Below, piece after piece: positions 20,354-30,400 of a DNA stretch of 64,000 nucleotides; the stretch's first letter is position 1; every line of letters starts with the position of its first letter. Below the pieces are notes generated by a model. It was not told where the DNA came from. It worked only from the letters and a program-made list of their open reading frames with translations, and did no database searches. This DNA comes from an uncultured virus (IMG/VR IMGVR_UViG_3300037166_000075) (lineage: Duplodnaviria > Heunggongvirae > Uroviricota > Caudoviricetes): IMG/VR virus record IMGVR_UViG_3300037166_000075; one strand, 5' to 3'. Position numbers and translations under genes: made by a program.

Positions 20354-20821
20354 TTACCTCGAATGCGGCAGCACCATCTCGATGCCGAGGATCTGCTCGC
20401 TCCACCGGTTCTGCATGGTGGCCGGGGTCGTGACTTGCCTGCCGTTGATCCATGCCTCTTGTACGAGATCATCGAGTGTGTTTTGCGCCGTTCGGCCGCA
20501 CGCGATCTGGACGGCATGCTCGACCGCGTCGGCAAGGTTGTTCAGGTCCGCGACGGCAGAATCATCCTCGATCTGGCCATGCAGGGTCTGGATGATGCCT
20601 TGCGCCCTCAAGGTCACCTTGGCGGGCGCGAAACGCTGGCCGCGGTCATACTCCTCGCCAAGCTCGACGAAGAAGAAGGCCGGGTACTGCTCGGCCGGCA
20701 GTTTCCCGAGATTGATCATGCGGCGGCCCGCGTAGCCGAATGACCCGGCCGGGGCCAGCAGCATGGTGCGGAGCTGCTCAAAGAACGCGCTGTAGATGGC
20801 CTCGCGGCCCAGGGACGACAT
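20354..20821 (-). CDS. Tail terminator/neck protein
   Basis: RE.I..A, P...P.F, D.VE.A...TL..LV pattern; position. Confidence 0.55.
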   Translation of the reverse strand: MSSLGREAIYSAFFEQLRTMLLAPAGSFGYAGRRMINLGKLPAEQYPAFFFVELGEEYDRGQRFAPAKVTLRAQGIIQTLHGQIEDDSAVADLNNLADAVEHAVQIACGRTAQNTLDDLVQEAWINGRQVTTPATMQNRWSEQILGIEMVLPHSR

Positions 20822-20947
20822 CTGACCTGCCTATTCTGGGGTGCCGGGCGCCGCCTTGGCGGGACGGCTCGTGCCCGGCACCTTTCGTCCGGACTCTGGT
20901 CTGGGCTGCCAACCCGTGCCGCTCCGGCTTGTCTCGGTAGTGACGCG

Positions 20948-21532
20948 TCAGAGCTTTTCGATGGCGGCGCCGAGCGCGCGCGCCAGCGCGTTCTGGACCT
21001 CGGTTTTCTTGTCCCGGATGCCGGGTGCGAAATATGGCCGGGCCGGCATCGTGACGCTGCGCTTGAGCGCAAACAACGGAGTCGCCTCCGCGTCACCGGG
21101 CTGCTTGCCCATGATGGCGCCACCGGCGAAGAACGTCTTCCAGCCTTGGCTCTCAGCCTGCCGCGGGCCGAATCGCGCCACGCCGGCTTGCGTCTTAACG
21201 GCATCGAGCGGGATGGCGAGGAACTGCCCGTGGACCGGCTTGATCTCGCCGCCGTACTCGTGGATGCGGGCATAAGGAAGCCCCTGGCCCGCCAGAACGC
21301 GGCCCGTCACGCTGGCGGCCCCGCGTTCCACCTTGCCCGGCACGATGCTGCGGCTCAGTGCGCCAGTGCGGCGCTCCAGGCCGGACTTCGGCAGCGTCAC
21401 CGACTTGATGTGTCCCACCAGCATGATGGTGACGAGCGATATCTCGCGCGCCGCGGCATTCATGACCGCCGGCGTGATAAGGTTGATCTTCGCCGCGATG
21501 GTGTTCTCGGTGACGGTGATGTCGAGCGGCAT
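20948..21532 (-). CDS. Virion morphogenesis/neck protein (HK97 gp10-like)
   Basis: RTG.L.RSI, YARIHEYGG, MPARPYF. Confidence 0.8.
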   Translation of the reverse strand: MPLDITVTENTIAAKINLITPAVMNAAAREISLVTIMLVGHIKSVTLPKSGLERRTGALSRSIVPGKVERGAASVTGRVLAGQGLPYARIHEYGGEIKPVHGQFLAIPLDAVKTQAGVARFGPRQAESQGWKTFFAGGAIMGKQPGDAEATPLFALKRSVTMPARPYFAPGIRDKKTEVQNALARALGAAIEKL

Positions 21533-21533
21533 C

Positions 21534-22394
21534 TCACCACCGTCCTGCGCCGGCGGCGCCCGGCATCACGACGTCGGCGATCGGCACCACGGCGCGATGC
21601 AGATCCAGCGCTTCCTTGGTGCGGGGGTGCATGTTCTTGAGCATAAAGCTCACCCGCTGCGGCCCTTCACCGACCGAGGTATCGCCCATGCGGGTCCGCA
21701 TCGTGGCGGCGTAGCTGGTCAGTTCCAGGCAAGCCACGACGATGTCATCGGGCAGCGGCTCGGCGCCAGCCGGCGGCGCCACATAGGCCGCGGTGCAGCG
21801 CCAGGTGATCAGCCCGTCCACGACGGCGGCGCCGATCGTGGTCGGCCATGCCGGAGCGGTTGCCCCGGTGGCACCCTCGCCGCTGGCCGTGTAGACGCAG
21901 CCGTTCCCGGGCAGAATTTGCGCCCCTGGGGCGGTCGGCTTCTCGGCCGTCCATTCCGGCAGGCCAGCCAGCGCAACCTGCCCGGGCGTCAGATACCCGG
22001 CCGCGTAGGACAGCGCGACGTTCTTGATCCCAGGGGCGAAGCGGCCACCGCCACCGCCGGGAACGCCGCCGGGCCGGAGGTAGATGAACTGCTCGTCGTT
22101 GATGTACCCGGGCCCCGTGGGTCCCTGCGCCGGCGTGACGGTGTGGCCGTTGATCGTGACTGCCGCGACGGAGATGATCGGCCAGTTCTTGGTGCGCATC
22201 GACTCCAGGCCGTTGCCGTGCCGCAGCTCGGTGTAGCTCTCGGCGACGAGGTGGCGGCTCAGGTACTGCTCGATCCCGCGCGACACGCTGGTCAGGATGC
22301 GGGCCAGCACGACGTCGCCGCGCGTCGTCTCCGCGAGCGGCACCATGTAGGCTTTCAGGCTCGCCAGGTCGGCGAGGTCTCGGGTAGTGGCCAT
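21534..22394 (-). CDS. Head-tail connector with inserted Trp-rich module
   Basis: L..LKAY, IE.YL.R, Y.AGY, P.DI..AC.EL. Confidence 0.8.
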   Translation of the reverse strand: MATTRDLADLASLKAYMVPLAETTRGDVVLARILTSVSRGIEQYLSRHLVAESYTELRHGNGLESMRTKNWPIISVAAVTINGHTVTPAQGPTGPGYINDEQFIYLRPGGVPGGGGGRFAPGIKNVALSYAAGYLTPGQVALAGLPEWTAEKPTAPGAQILPGNGCVYTASGEGATGATAPAWPTTIGAAVVDGLITWRCTAAYVAPPAGAEPLPDDIVVACLELTSYAATMRTRMGDTSVGEGPQRVSFMLKNMHPRTKEALDLHRAVVPIADVVMPGAAGAGRW

Positions 22395-22406
22395 GGTGGC
22401 TGCGCC

Positions 22407-22637
22407 CTATGACCGGCGAGCTTGCTTCCCGCCGCGTTTGTCGGCGCCGGACTCCGGAGTCGCGGCGTCATTTGCGCCCGGAGCTTCGTCGGGCGGCTCG
22501 TGCTCGACCCGCCAGCCGTGGGCCAGGGCGTGCTCCAGCATCCGCTGGTCCACCATCACGGCTCCGTACTTGTCGGGCTTGCCCACCGCGAAGGACATGC
22601 TGGCGCCTGGCGCCGGCGGAGCAACACGGATCTGCAT
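22407..22637 (-). CDS. Small head-associated hypothetical protein
   Basis: ATG after AGGGAA; between capsid and connector. Confidence 0.5.
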   Translation of the reverse strand: MQIRVAPPAPGASMSFAVGKPDKYGAVMVDQRMLEHALAHGWRVEHEPPDEAPGANDAATPESGADKRGGKQARRS

Positions 22638-22713
22638 TTTGTGGGGAATTCCCTTGTTGGATAGCCAAAGGCGCCTGATGAAGCGAAGCATCTCCGCCTT
22701 CAGTGGTGTTGGG

Positions 22714-22746
22714 TCGGCGGCCCCGGCATCGTTCCGGGGCCGCCGA
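22714..22746. terminator. 13-bp perfect GC-rich hairpin just after the capsid gene (terminator or mRNA-stabilising stem)
   Basis: tcggcggccccgg / ccggggccgccga; no U-tract. Confidence 0.45.
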
Positions 22747-22759
22747 TGTTGCGGAGAGG

Positions 22760-24382
22760 TCAGCCGTTGCCGACGTTGGTCAGGAGGCCCATGGCGAACG
22801 GCACGTAAACGGCAAGAACTTCTTGCGAGTAGCAGCCGTAATACTGCTCGCGCGAAACCTTCGGCCAGATTTCGCTGTAGTAATCCTGCCGGGTCTGCAC
22901 GACAGCGCACTCCGGCACGGCGTTCGACACGTACCATGGCGGCAGATGCTCGGCCCAGCCGAGGAGTGTCCCGGCCGCCAGGTTGGGATGGATCTTGATC
23001 GGAATCTTGACGCCGCCGTCCGGGGTGTAGGGGTTGAAGTAGTAGCTGACGACACCGCCGGCCGTGACCTTGTATTCGGCACCACCCTCGGCATCGACTT
23101 CCTGGTTGTAGCGCAGCAGTGGGGCCGAGGCGCCGTTCAGCGTCTTCGCCGTGATGTTCTTTTGTTCCTGGCTATTGACGTAGATCACGGTGGCGCTGAG
23201 GCGAGAGTTGTCCCACATCGCCTTGTTCATGGTGTCGATCTCGTTGACACCGCCGGCGCCCGAGCTGGTCAGGAAAGTGCCGGTGCCGGCCGTACCGGTC
23301 GGGAGCGTGTTGACGTAGGCGCCGCTGGACGGGTTGAACGCCCAGGTCAGCAAGCCGTCGAAGGCGTAGCTCTGGTTCGTGCTGCAGTCCGCGGTGATGG
23401 CGGCGGCGGGCTGCAGGCCGGAGGTCAGCGGCGCCGAGAACACGACGCTGTTGATCGTGGTGATGGCCTGCAGGGTCTCCTGACCGGCCACGCCGACGAA
23501 CCAGGCATAGGCGACGGCACCCGTGACCGGCGTCTCGGCGCCGGTCAGCGCCTGGCCCAGGGTGATGGGCTGCGTCGTGTTCGGCGACTTGTTCGAGGAG
23601 CCGCCGTTCAGGACATAGGTGCGGGCATCGTTGCCGGTGATCGTCAGCGCCTGCGCGATGCCGCCGCTGAGCGAGGAGTTCAGGTAGCCTTCCTGGGTCA
23701 GCGCGACCACGATGACGCTGTACGTGCCGGCCGGAAGGGTTGCCGTGGAGCCGGAGGCGCCAAGGGTCGGGGCGGACGGAGTGCCGAGCGGCAGGGAGTT
23801 GTCGCCGCCGATCAGCCCGGCCTCCTCCTTGATGAAGGTACGCAGCAGCAGCCGGAGCTGCACGAGGGCATCCTCGTCCTCGAAGCCATCGGCCGCGAAG
23901 CGGGCTTCCTCGGTGATGCTGTCTTCCTCGCCCAGCGTCATGTAGGACAGGGACTTGTTGGACGTCACGTAGGACATCGAGGCGCTGCGCCGGCCTTCCT
24001 GGACCCACCCCATGAAGGGCTGGCCGGAGCCGATCGTGTTCACGACCGCCTTCCAGTGCGCGGCTTCGCCGGGATGCTCGCGCTGCATCCTGGCGAGGCT
24101 GTTGCGGATCGGCGTCACGGTCGGGAACAGGTTCATGGCCGGGGCCCGCAGATCGTAGTAGGTGAGGCCGGTTGCGACCGACACGCTCTTGCGCAGCGAG
24201 TCCGACATCTGGTCGTCGGTCATCGGGTTGCCGAACGACGCCTTGAAGAGATCGAGCGTATGGGCGGCGCGTTTGCGGGACATGTAGCCGATGCGGTTCT
24301 TGTCCGGGGCCGACGTGCCATTGATGGTCGCCTGGAAGCGGTCGATCACCGCATCCCGGGGCTGGACGACGCGGGTTGCCAT
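22760..24382 (-). CDS. Major capsid protein with Ig/FN3-like insertion
   Basis: Follows the protease; GAGGAG RBS; YDL.AP...P..TP.RN; FDGLL; HPNL..G. Confidence 0.8.
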   Translation of the reverse strand: MATRVVQPRDAVIDRFQATINGTSAPDKNRIGYMSRKRAAHTLDLFKASFGNPMTDDQMSDSLRKSVSVATGLTYYDLRAPAMNLFPTVTPIRNSLARMQREHPGEAAHWKAVVNTIGSGQPFMGWVQEGRRSASMSYVTSNKSLSYMTLGEEDSITEEARFAADGFEDEDALVQLRLLLRTFIKEEAGLIGGDNSLPLGTPSAPTLGASGSTATLPAGTYSVIVVALTQEGYLNSSLSGGIAQALTITGNDARTYVLNGGSSNKSPNTTQPITLGQALTGAETPVTGAVAYAWFVGVAGQETLQAITTINSVVFSAPLTSGLQPAAAITADCSTNQSYAFDGLLTWAFNPSSGAYVNTLPTGTAGTGTFLTSSGAGGVNEIDTMNKAMWDNSRLSATVIYVNSQEQKNITAKTLNGASAPLLRYNQEVDAEGGAEYKVTAGGVVSYYFNPYTPDGGVKIPIKIHPNLAAGTLLGWAEHLPPWYVSNAVPECAVVQTRQDYYSEIWPKVSREQYYGCYSQEVLAVYVPFAMGLLTNVGNG

Positions 24383-24492
24383 TCGAGACTCCTCTATGAC
24401 CGCCGCCGCTCAGGCGTCAGCGGATCCGACAAATGCCGGGGCGTGCGCCAGCACGACCGCGCGGCGTGGGACAAGAAGGCTGGCGCCTGAAG

Positions 24493-27438
24493 CTATTTCG
24501 ATGTCGACAGGTAGGCTTCGCGCAGCAACGCGTCGGCGCGTTCCGGGCCGGCCGGAACCGCGAGCACCTTCTGCAGCAGCGCCGACTGCGGAGCGGGATC
24601 CGTGGCACCACCACCGGCGCTGATCGCGCCGCCGTCCGCGGTCTTGGTGACGGCGCTGCCGGCCGGCCGCGAGGCGTGCCGGAGCGGCGTCACCACGGGC
24701 TCGCCCTCGAGCTTGGCGATCTTGCTCTTGAGCGTAGCGATCTCGACGTTGGCCGTGGTCAGGCTGGCCCGCATGTCCTGGGTCGCCTTCACCAGCGGCG
24801 CGACCTGGCCCACGATACTGCGAAGTAGCTTCTCGGATCGCGGATCGGTCGTGGTCGTGGCAGCAGGCGCCTGGCTGCCGGAACCAGTACCGGTTGCCGT
24901 GGGACGATCTGCCGTCGCGAGGCGCTCCATCTCGGGCGCTGCCTTGTCGAGCGAATCGGCCAGCGCCTTGCGGAGCTTGCGGACGTCCTTCGGGACCGGC
25001 TTTTCGGCCCTGGCCCGCAGCACGCCGGCGAGATCGCGCATCCAGGTCGGGGCCGCGAGCGTGACGTACTGAGGGCCATTACTGTCGCCGGTCCAGATGC
25101 GCTCGACGTCCTTGCCCTCGCCGAACTCCGTCGCCTCGCGGGCCACGACGTCTTCCAGGAGCTTGATGCCGGACGCCAGCCATTCGTGAAGCTGCTCGAC
25201 CAGCTTGACGGCGTCTGGATCGGTGTCGCCCTCGGCGGACTGCTCGCGCTGATAGTCGTGCTGCAGCGATCGGATACCAGTCAGGGTGCTGGCCAGAGAC
25301 GCGATGAAGCCCATGCTCTTGTGCATCGTCGCCGCCTTGGTGAGGGCGCCGCCGCAGGCCGCGCACTTGGTGTCGCCATCCTTGATCTCGGCATGGCAGG
25401 CCGGGCAGGTCTTGGCAGCCTTGGCCAGCGGCTGCGACTGACCTTGCGCAGCCCGCACCTTGACAAGCCGATCGGCCCTGGCCACCCAGCGCGCGGCCTT
25501 GGCCAGCTTCTTGGCCTTCCGGGCCGCCTTGGCGAGCTTGCGCGCGCGTCGGTCTGCCTCGCTCTCGCCGGTAGGAAGCACCGCGTTATCCTGCTGGGGA
25601 TGCGGCTCGGGATGGGCCTGATCGACCGTCACGCCGGCACCCTTGGTCGCCGTGCCGCCCTTCTTCTTGGTGCTGCCGGGCCAGTCCTCGGGCAGCTTGT
25701 CGGTGGCCTTCAGGCGCTTGGCCTGGGCGGTGATGTGGGCCTTCGCCTTGTCCTTGTCCTTGGCGCGGCCGAACGCCGAGACGGCGTCCTCCAGATCGGC
25801 CTCGGTCTCGATCGGGAAGCTGCCGTCCTCCATGGCGTGGCCAGCGTCGGCCGCATCCTGGCGCTGCTTGTCCGTGAAGTCGCGCTTGCCGAAGTACACG
25901 CCGTGCTTGTCGAGCCACGTCCCGTCGGCCGACTTCGTCAGCTTGGCGAGCGGCTTCACGGCACGCTTCTGCGTCGGCTGCGCCAGATCCGGAAGCCCCG
26001 CATCGGTGAAGCTCTTCGCCATCGCCTTGCGGGCATCCGCGACCTGGCGCAGCGTACCGGCGAACTTCGCATGGCCTGCGGCGTCCTCGGTGCGGCTGTC
26101 GGTCTTGGCCCGTTCGGCGAAAGCGTCGTACTCGCCGGCTGCCTTCCCGCACTTCTCGGCGTGGGCGGTGCAGTGATCGGCCGCGGCCTTGCACAGCGCG
26201 ATACGAGCGCCGCCGGCCGCCTTGCCGAGATTGCCGTCCTCGTTGGCGCCGTGCGCGGAGTCCGACGGCACCGTCTTGATCCGCTCCGCCACGAGATCGT
26301 GGTAGCTCTGGGCGGCGTCGTGGTGATGCTGGGCCGCGGTCTCGTGCGCCTCGGCCTCGGCGTCGGCGTGCTTGGCCTGGTCCTTGTCGCCGTCGGCGCG
26401 CTTCGCGTTGGCGGTGGCGCGGGCCTGTGTGGCGGCCGCGATGGCCGCGATGGCCGCGGCGTCCTCCTCGACAGCCCTGCCATGCGCGGCCTGGATCTCG
26501 GTCAGCGCGGTGATGCCCTCGATGTTGGCCGAGCTGATCGCCGCCGTCATCTTGGCGAGTGCGGCCTCGGCCTCGGCGAGGATGTTGTCAGGCATTTGAA
26601 CCTCCTTGGAACCGCCGGACGCCAGCGAGGCCGCCAGCCGGCGATAGTTGCGGGCGGCGTTGCGGTGGTGTTCGGCCAGCGCGGCGTTGGCGTCGGCCAG
26701 ATGGCTGTGAACCGTGATCCCCACGGCGTCGGCCCCGGTTTCGGCGGCGGCGCGGCGGGTGCGGTGATGCGTGGCGGCCTGCTCGGCCTTTTCGGCCGCG
26801 GCGTCGTGCTCGGCGGCGTGGGTCAGCACCTCCTGGCGCAGCGCGTCACGGGTCGCGAAGGTGCCGCCATAGAGGCGGTGGCCGGCCTTCCCGAGCGGCT
26901 CCGGGCCGCAGCCCAGGAACTTCGCCAGCGGTTCCGCGGGGGCGGCACCGTCCGCCTTGACGATATCGATCCGAGCGTCAGGGTTACATGGCCGATCGAC
27001 AAGCGAGATTTCGACCAGGTCGATGCCGGTCACCGTGCGCTTGTCGTCCGGGTCGCGATCCGTGATGCGGCCGCCAACCGAAAATCCTTTGTAGACGGCC
27101 GGCAGCTCGGTTCCATCAGCAAGCTTTGTCGGCTTGCATTTCGCCCACGCCTGATCGTCCTGGACATAGGCGCCAAACCACAGACCTTTGCCGTCGATCG
27201 TCGCTTCGACCGCTGTCCCAACTGCGGACGGCTGGTGCATTTGGCGCACGCAACCCCAGTCAAGATATTCCGGAAGAGCTTTCTTGACCGCGTCGAGCGT
27301 TATGACCTCGCCGCTCTGGTCGCGGGTTGGCGTCGTCGCGTACCCGAAGACCATGCGCTGCTCTTCGTCGATCTTGCATATCGGCGCGAACAGAACGGGC
27401 GTGACGCCACCTGCGGAGGTCGAGACTGCACCAGACAT
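24493..27438 (-). CDS. Prohead protease (HK97/XkdF-like) fused to a long scaffold-like region
   Basis: R.VFGYA, MHQ, KGFSVGG, EISLVDRP.NP in the first ~160 aa; CxxC...CxxC later. Confidence 0.85.
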   Translation of the reverse strand: MSGAVSTSAGGVTPVLFAPICKIDEEQRMVFGYATTPTRDQSGEVITLDAVKKALPEYLDWGCVRQMHQPSAVGTAVEATIDGKGLWFGAYVQDDQAWAKCKPTKLADGTELPAVYKGFSVGGRITDRDPDDKRTVTGIDLVEISLVDRPCNPDARIDIVKADGAAPAEPLAKFLGCGPEPLGKAGHRLYGGTFATRDALRQEVLTHAAEHDAAAEKAEQAATHHRTRRAAAETGADAVGITVHSHLADANAALAEHHRNAARNYRRLAASLASGGSKEVQMPDNILAEAEAALAKMTAAISSANIEGITALTEIQAAHGRAVEEDAAAIAAIAAATQARATANAKRADGDKDQAKHADAEAEAHETAAQHHHDAAQSYHDLVAERIKTVPSDSAHGANEDGNLGKAAGGARIALCKAAADHCTAHAEKCGKAAGEYDAFAERAKTDSRTEDAAGHAKFAGTLRQVADARKAMAKSFTDAGLPDLAQPTQKRAVKPLAKLTKSADGTWLDKHGVYFGKRDFTDKQRQDAADAGHAMEDGSFPIETEADLEDAVSAFGRAKDKDKAKAHITAQAKRLKATDKLPEDWPGSTKKKGGTATKGAGVTVDQAHPEPHPQQDNAVLPTGESEADRRARKLAKAARKAKKLAKAARWVARADRLVKVRAAQGQSQPLAKAAKTCPACHAEIKDGDTKCAACGGALTKAATMHKSMGFIASLASTLTGIRSLQHDYQREQSAEGDTDPDAVKLVEQLHEWLASGIKLLEDVVAREATEFGEGKDVERIWTGDSNGPQYVTLAAPTWMRDLAGVLRARAEKPVPKDVRKLRKALADSLDKAAPEMERLATADRPTATGTGSGSQAPAATTTTDPRSEKLLRSIVGQVAPLVKATQDMRASLTTANVEIATLKSKIAKLEGEPVVTPLRHASRPAGSAVTKTADGGAISAGGGATDPAPQSALLQKVLAVPAGPERADALLREAYLSTSK

Positions 27439-27443
27439 ATCGA

Positions 27444-30400
27444 TTACTCTTCGCTCTCGCTGCCTTGGTCGCCGCCGTCCTCGACGATCGTCACCGCGAT
27501 GTCGCAGCGGTCGTTGGGATGCGCCGGGGGCGCGTCATCACCAGACTGGAACGTGTCGTCCATGTCGATTTCCCCCTGGTCCGCGTTGGCTTGGCAGATT
27601 TCGCAAGGGTCATCGCCCACCAGCCAGGACTTCTTCATCTTGGCCCCGTACTCCTTGGCGGCCTCGCGGTAGCCCGTCATGGCTCCGGCCATGCTGGCAT
27701 CGGCTGCCTCGGTCCTTGCGATGGTCAGCGAACGGGCCAGCGAGAACGCATAGTCCTCGCTCAGCAGATCGCGCGTCTGGGCCGCTGAAAGGCCATCCTC
27801 GTACGCCTGGGCCAGCGTGCCGCGCAGCATCTCGCGCGTCGTGTCGTCGATCCGCATCGCGGCTCGTTTGGCCGGCACCAGGTTGCCGTCCTCGTCGTAC
27901 CGCATCCCGACCATCTCGGCGGCGCGCCGGCGGGCGTGGTCGAGCGCCTTTTCGTCCACGGCGTCGAAGACCGCGGAGTCGTCATGCTGTTCCGGCGCCA
28001 CGGCCTCCACGGCGGCCTCGGCCGCTGCCTTGCCGGCCTGGACCGCGATCCGGCCGAGATCGGGCTCGATCTCGATCAGCTTCTTGAGCGCGTCCAGGCT
28101 GATCTGCGACGTAGCGGTATTGGCCCGCGCACCAGCGCTGGCTGCATCCTTGCCGAGCTGGTCGCCGATCTCGTTCAGAACCTCGTTGCGGAGCGCCGTC
28201 AGGACACGGTGGACCTTGTCGGCGATCGCCTGGACCTCGGCATCTCGGGGCTGCCGCACCGGCGGCAGGCGATGCGCCGCCGCCTTGCTGAGCGGATCAG
28301 TACCGGAACCAGTCGTGGCGATGAAAGGGACGGGGCCGCCTTCGGCTGCCTCCATCTTCCGCATCGCGTCCGGCGAGATCGGAGTCGTGGTCTTGCCGCT
28401 CTTCAGCCATTCCTTAAACCGGGCCATGGTCCATTCGTGGACCGAGCCGATGAAGTGGTGCCCGGGGTGTGCCGGTCCGCGAGTGTCGGCGTTCCGGTAC
28501 GCGGCGATGAAATCGTGCTGCGCCTCGGACCAGTGGTGGTAGCCGATGAATGTCTTGTGCTCGTCGAATGATCCATCTTCCTTCACCTGATCGATGATGA
28601 AGACGGTGGCGCTTTCGGGATCCGGTCCGAGAAAGACATCGACCGGCTCGCCGTCGGCGTCTTTCGTGTCCTCGATGTAGCCGTACTCGGTCGGCATCAC
28701 GGCGCGCCAGCCGTCGTGCCGGCTTTCGCGAATCGAACCCTGGGCGTTCTCGATCGCGATCGGGAGGCCTTGGATCTCGATATGGCCCTTCTTGTAGTTG
28801 CCGGAGGCACGCTGGGCTTCGGTCGGGTCGCGGGCTGTTTCGGCCGCGGCCTCCTCGACCTCGGCGTGGGTTACCTTGGCGAGCCCGGAGTCGTCGTCGC
28901 CATACTCCGGCGACCCGAACAGCAGCATGCCGGGGAAGTTCGGCGGGACATCGTCCGGAACGTCGAGGGAAACCAGCATCCGCGGCGTGTCACCAAGCCA
29001 GCCGTCAAACGCGGCCATCTCGCGCCGCAGCTCATCGGACTCAAGCGCCAGCCAAACTCCAGTCGCATCCGCCTCTACCTTGATCTGACCGGGCTCCACC
29101 AGGATCATCGGCGCCATCTCGGGGCTGAGCATGAGGTCGACCGGCCACGACAGCAGCCCGGCCGTCACGATCATCGCGACCGTCACGGCGGGCCGCTCGA
29201 CCAGGCCGATGCCATAGCGATCGGCCCACTCGCTCAGCTCGTAGACGCTGTAAAGTGGGCGCTCGACCGAGATGACCTCCGAGCCCGCCATCTTGCGGGT
29301 GGCGCCGCTGGGCCGCGTGCCGGGCTGGACCGGCTCCACGGCATCGTCACGGCCGGGCCGCGGCGGCTTCGGCAGCTTGCCGCCGGGAGGGGCATGCACG
29401 TCGTTCGCCGGAATCGGTCCACCCGGACACGGCGTCAGTGCGGCCCGCTCGTCCGGGTCAACCGGCACATAGCCGGCGGCGGTCAGGACCATCGGCTTGG
29501 AGAACGCGCCGCCGAGCGGGTCCTGGCCGATCGATTCCCGCCAGTCGTCCAGCGCGATCGCCCCCTTGGTCGCGGCCGTGCTCAGGATGACGGACTGCTT
29601 GATCGGGTCGAATTCGCGGTCCCCATCCCAGGCGATGCCCAGGTAGTCGATCCCGAAGCAATCCCGGATGATGCCGTTGACGAACCGACGCATCCATTGC
29701 GAGGTCGGCTGCAGGCCCTCGGCGGACGCCTGGGCCTGGTTGACCTGCGCGGTAGCGCGATTCTGCTCCTTGATGAACGGCCCCGGCGCAATCGACATCG
29801 CGTAGCAGATGACGCGCGCAAGCCACTCGTCGAAGGCGTCGGTCAGGACGTCCTTCGTGAACGGCTCGTACTTGGTCCCGGCCGGCACCCACCAGAGGCG
29901 GCGCCGCTGCTCGATGTTGCCGAGGAAGACCGAATCCCAGTACTGCTGGATTTCGGTGATCTGGGCATTCGAGAACCCGACCGGCGCCTCCATGATTCCG
30001 ACCGGGACATCGCCGTGGGTGTAGAAGGCCATCTGCTCGCGCAGCCGGGCGATCGCCATCTCGGCATAGGCAAGGACTTGCTCGCATGGGCCGTACCCGT
30101 AGGCGTGGTCAGGACGCCAGTTCTTGATGCCGTAGATCAGGTCGCCAGCCGTGTAGGTGGCGTAGTCGGCCGCCGGAATCCCCTTCAGGACCTGCTGGAA
30201 CGCGGGGTTAGGCGGCTTCGGCGGCCGGCCGTTCTCGTCGATCAGAACCGAGATGCTGGCGGCGTCAAGCTGCTCAAGCGCGTAGAGCTGGCCGCCACGG
30301 TTGCGCCGCTTGTAGAGCGCGACAGCGTCATAGACGAAGTGCTGGTCCAGCACGCCGCTCAACCACTGTGACCAATCGAGCCGTTTGTCCGGCGACTCGA

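Noticed and set aside
10172..30371. Long plus-strand ORFs (e.g. 816, 1004, 818, 595, 828 aa)
   Set aside because: Antisense shadows of GC-rich structural genes with no recognisable motifs
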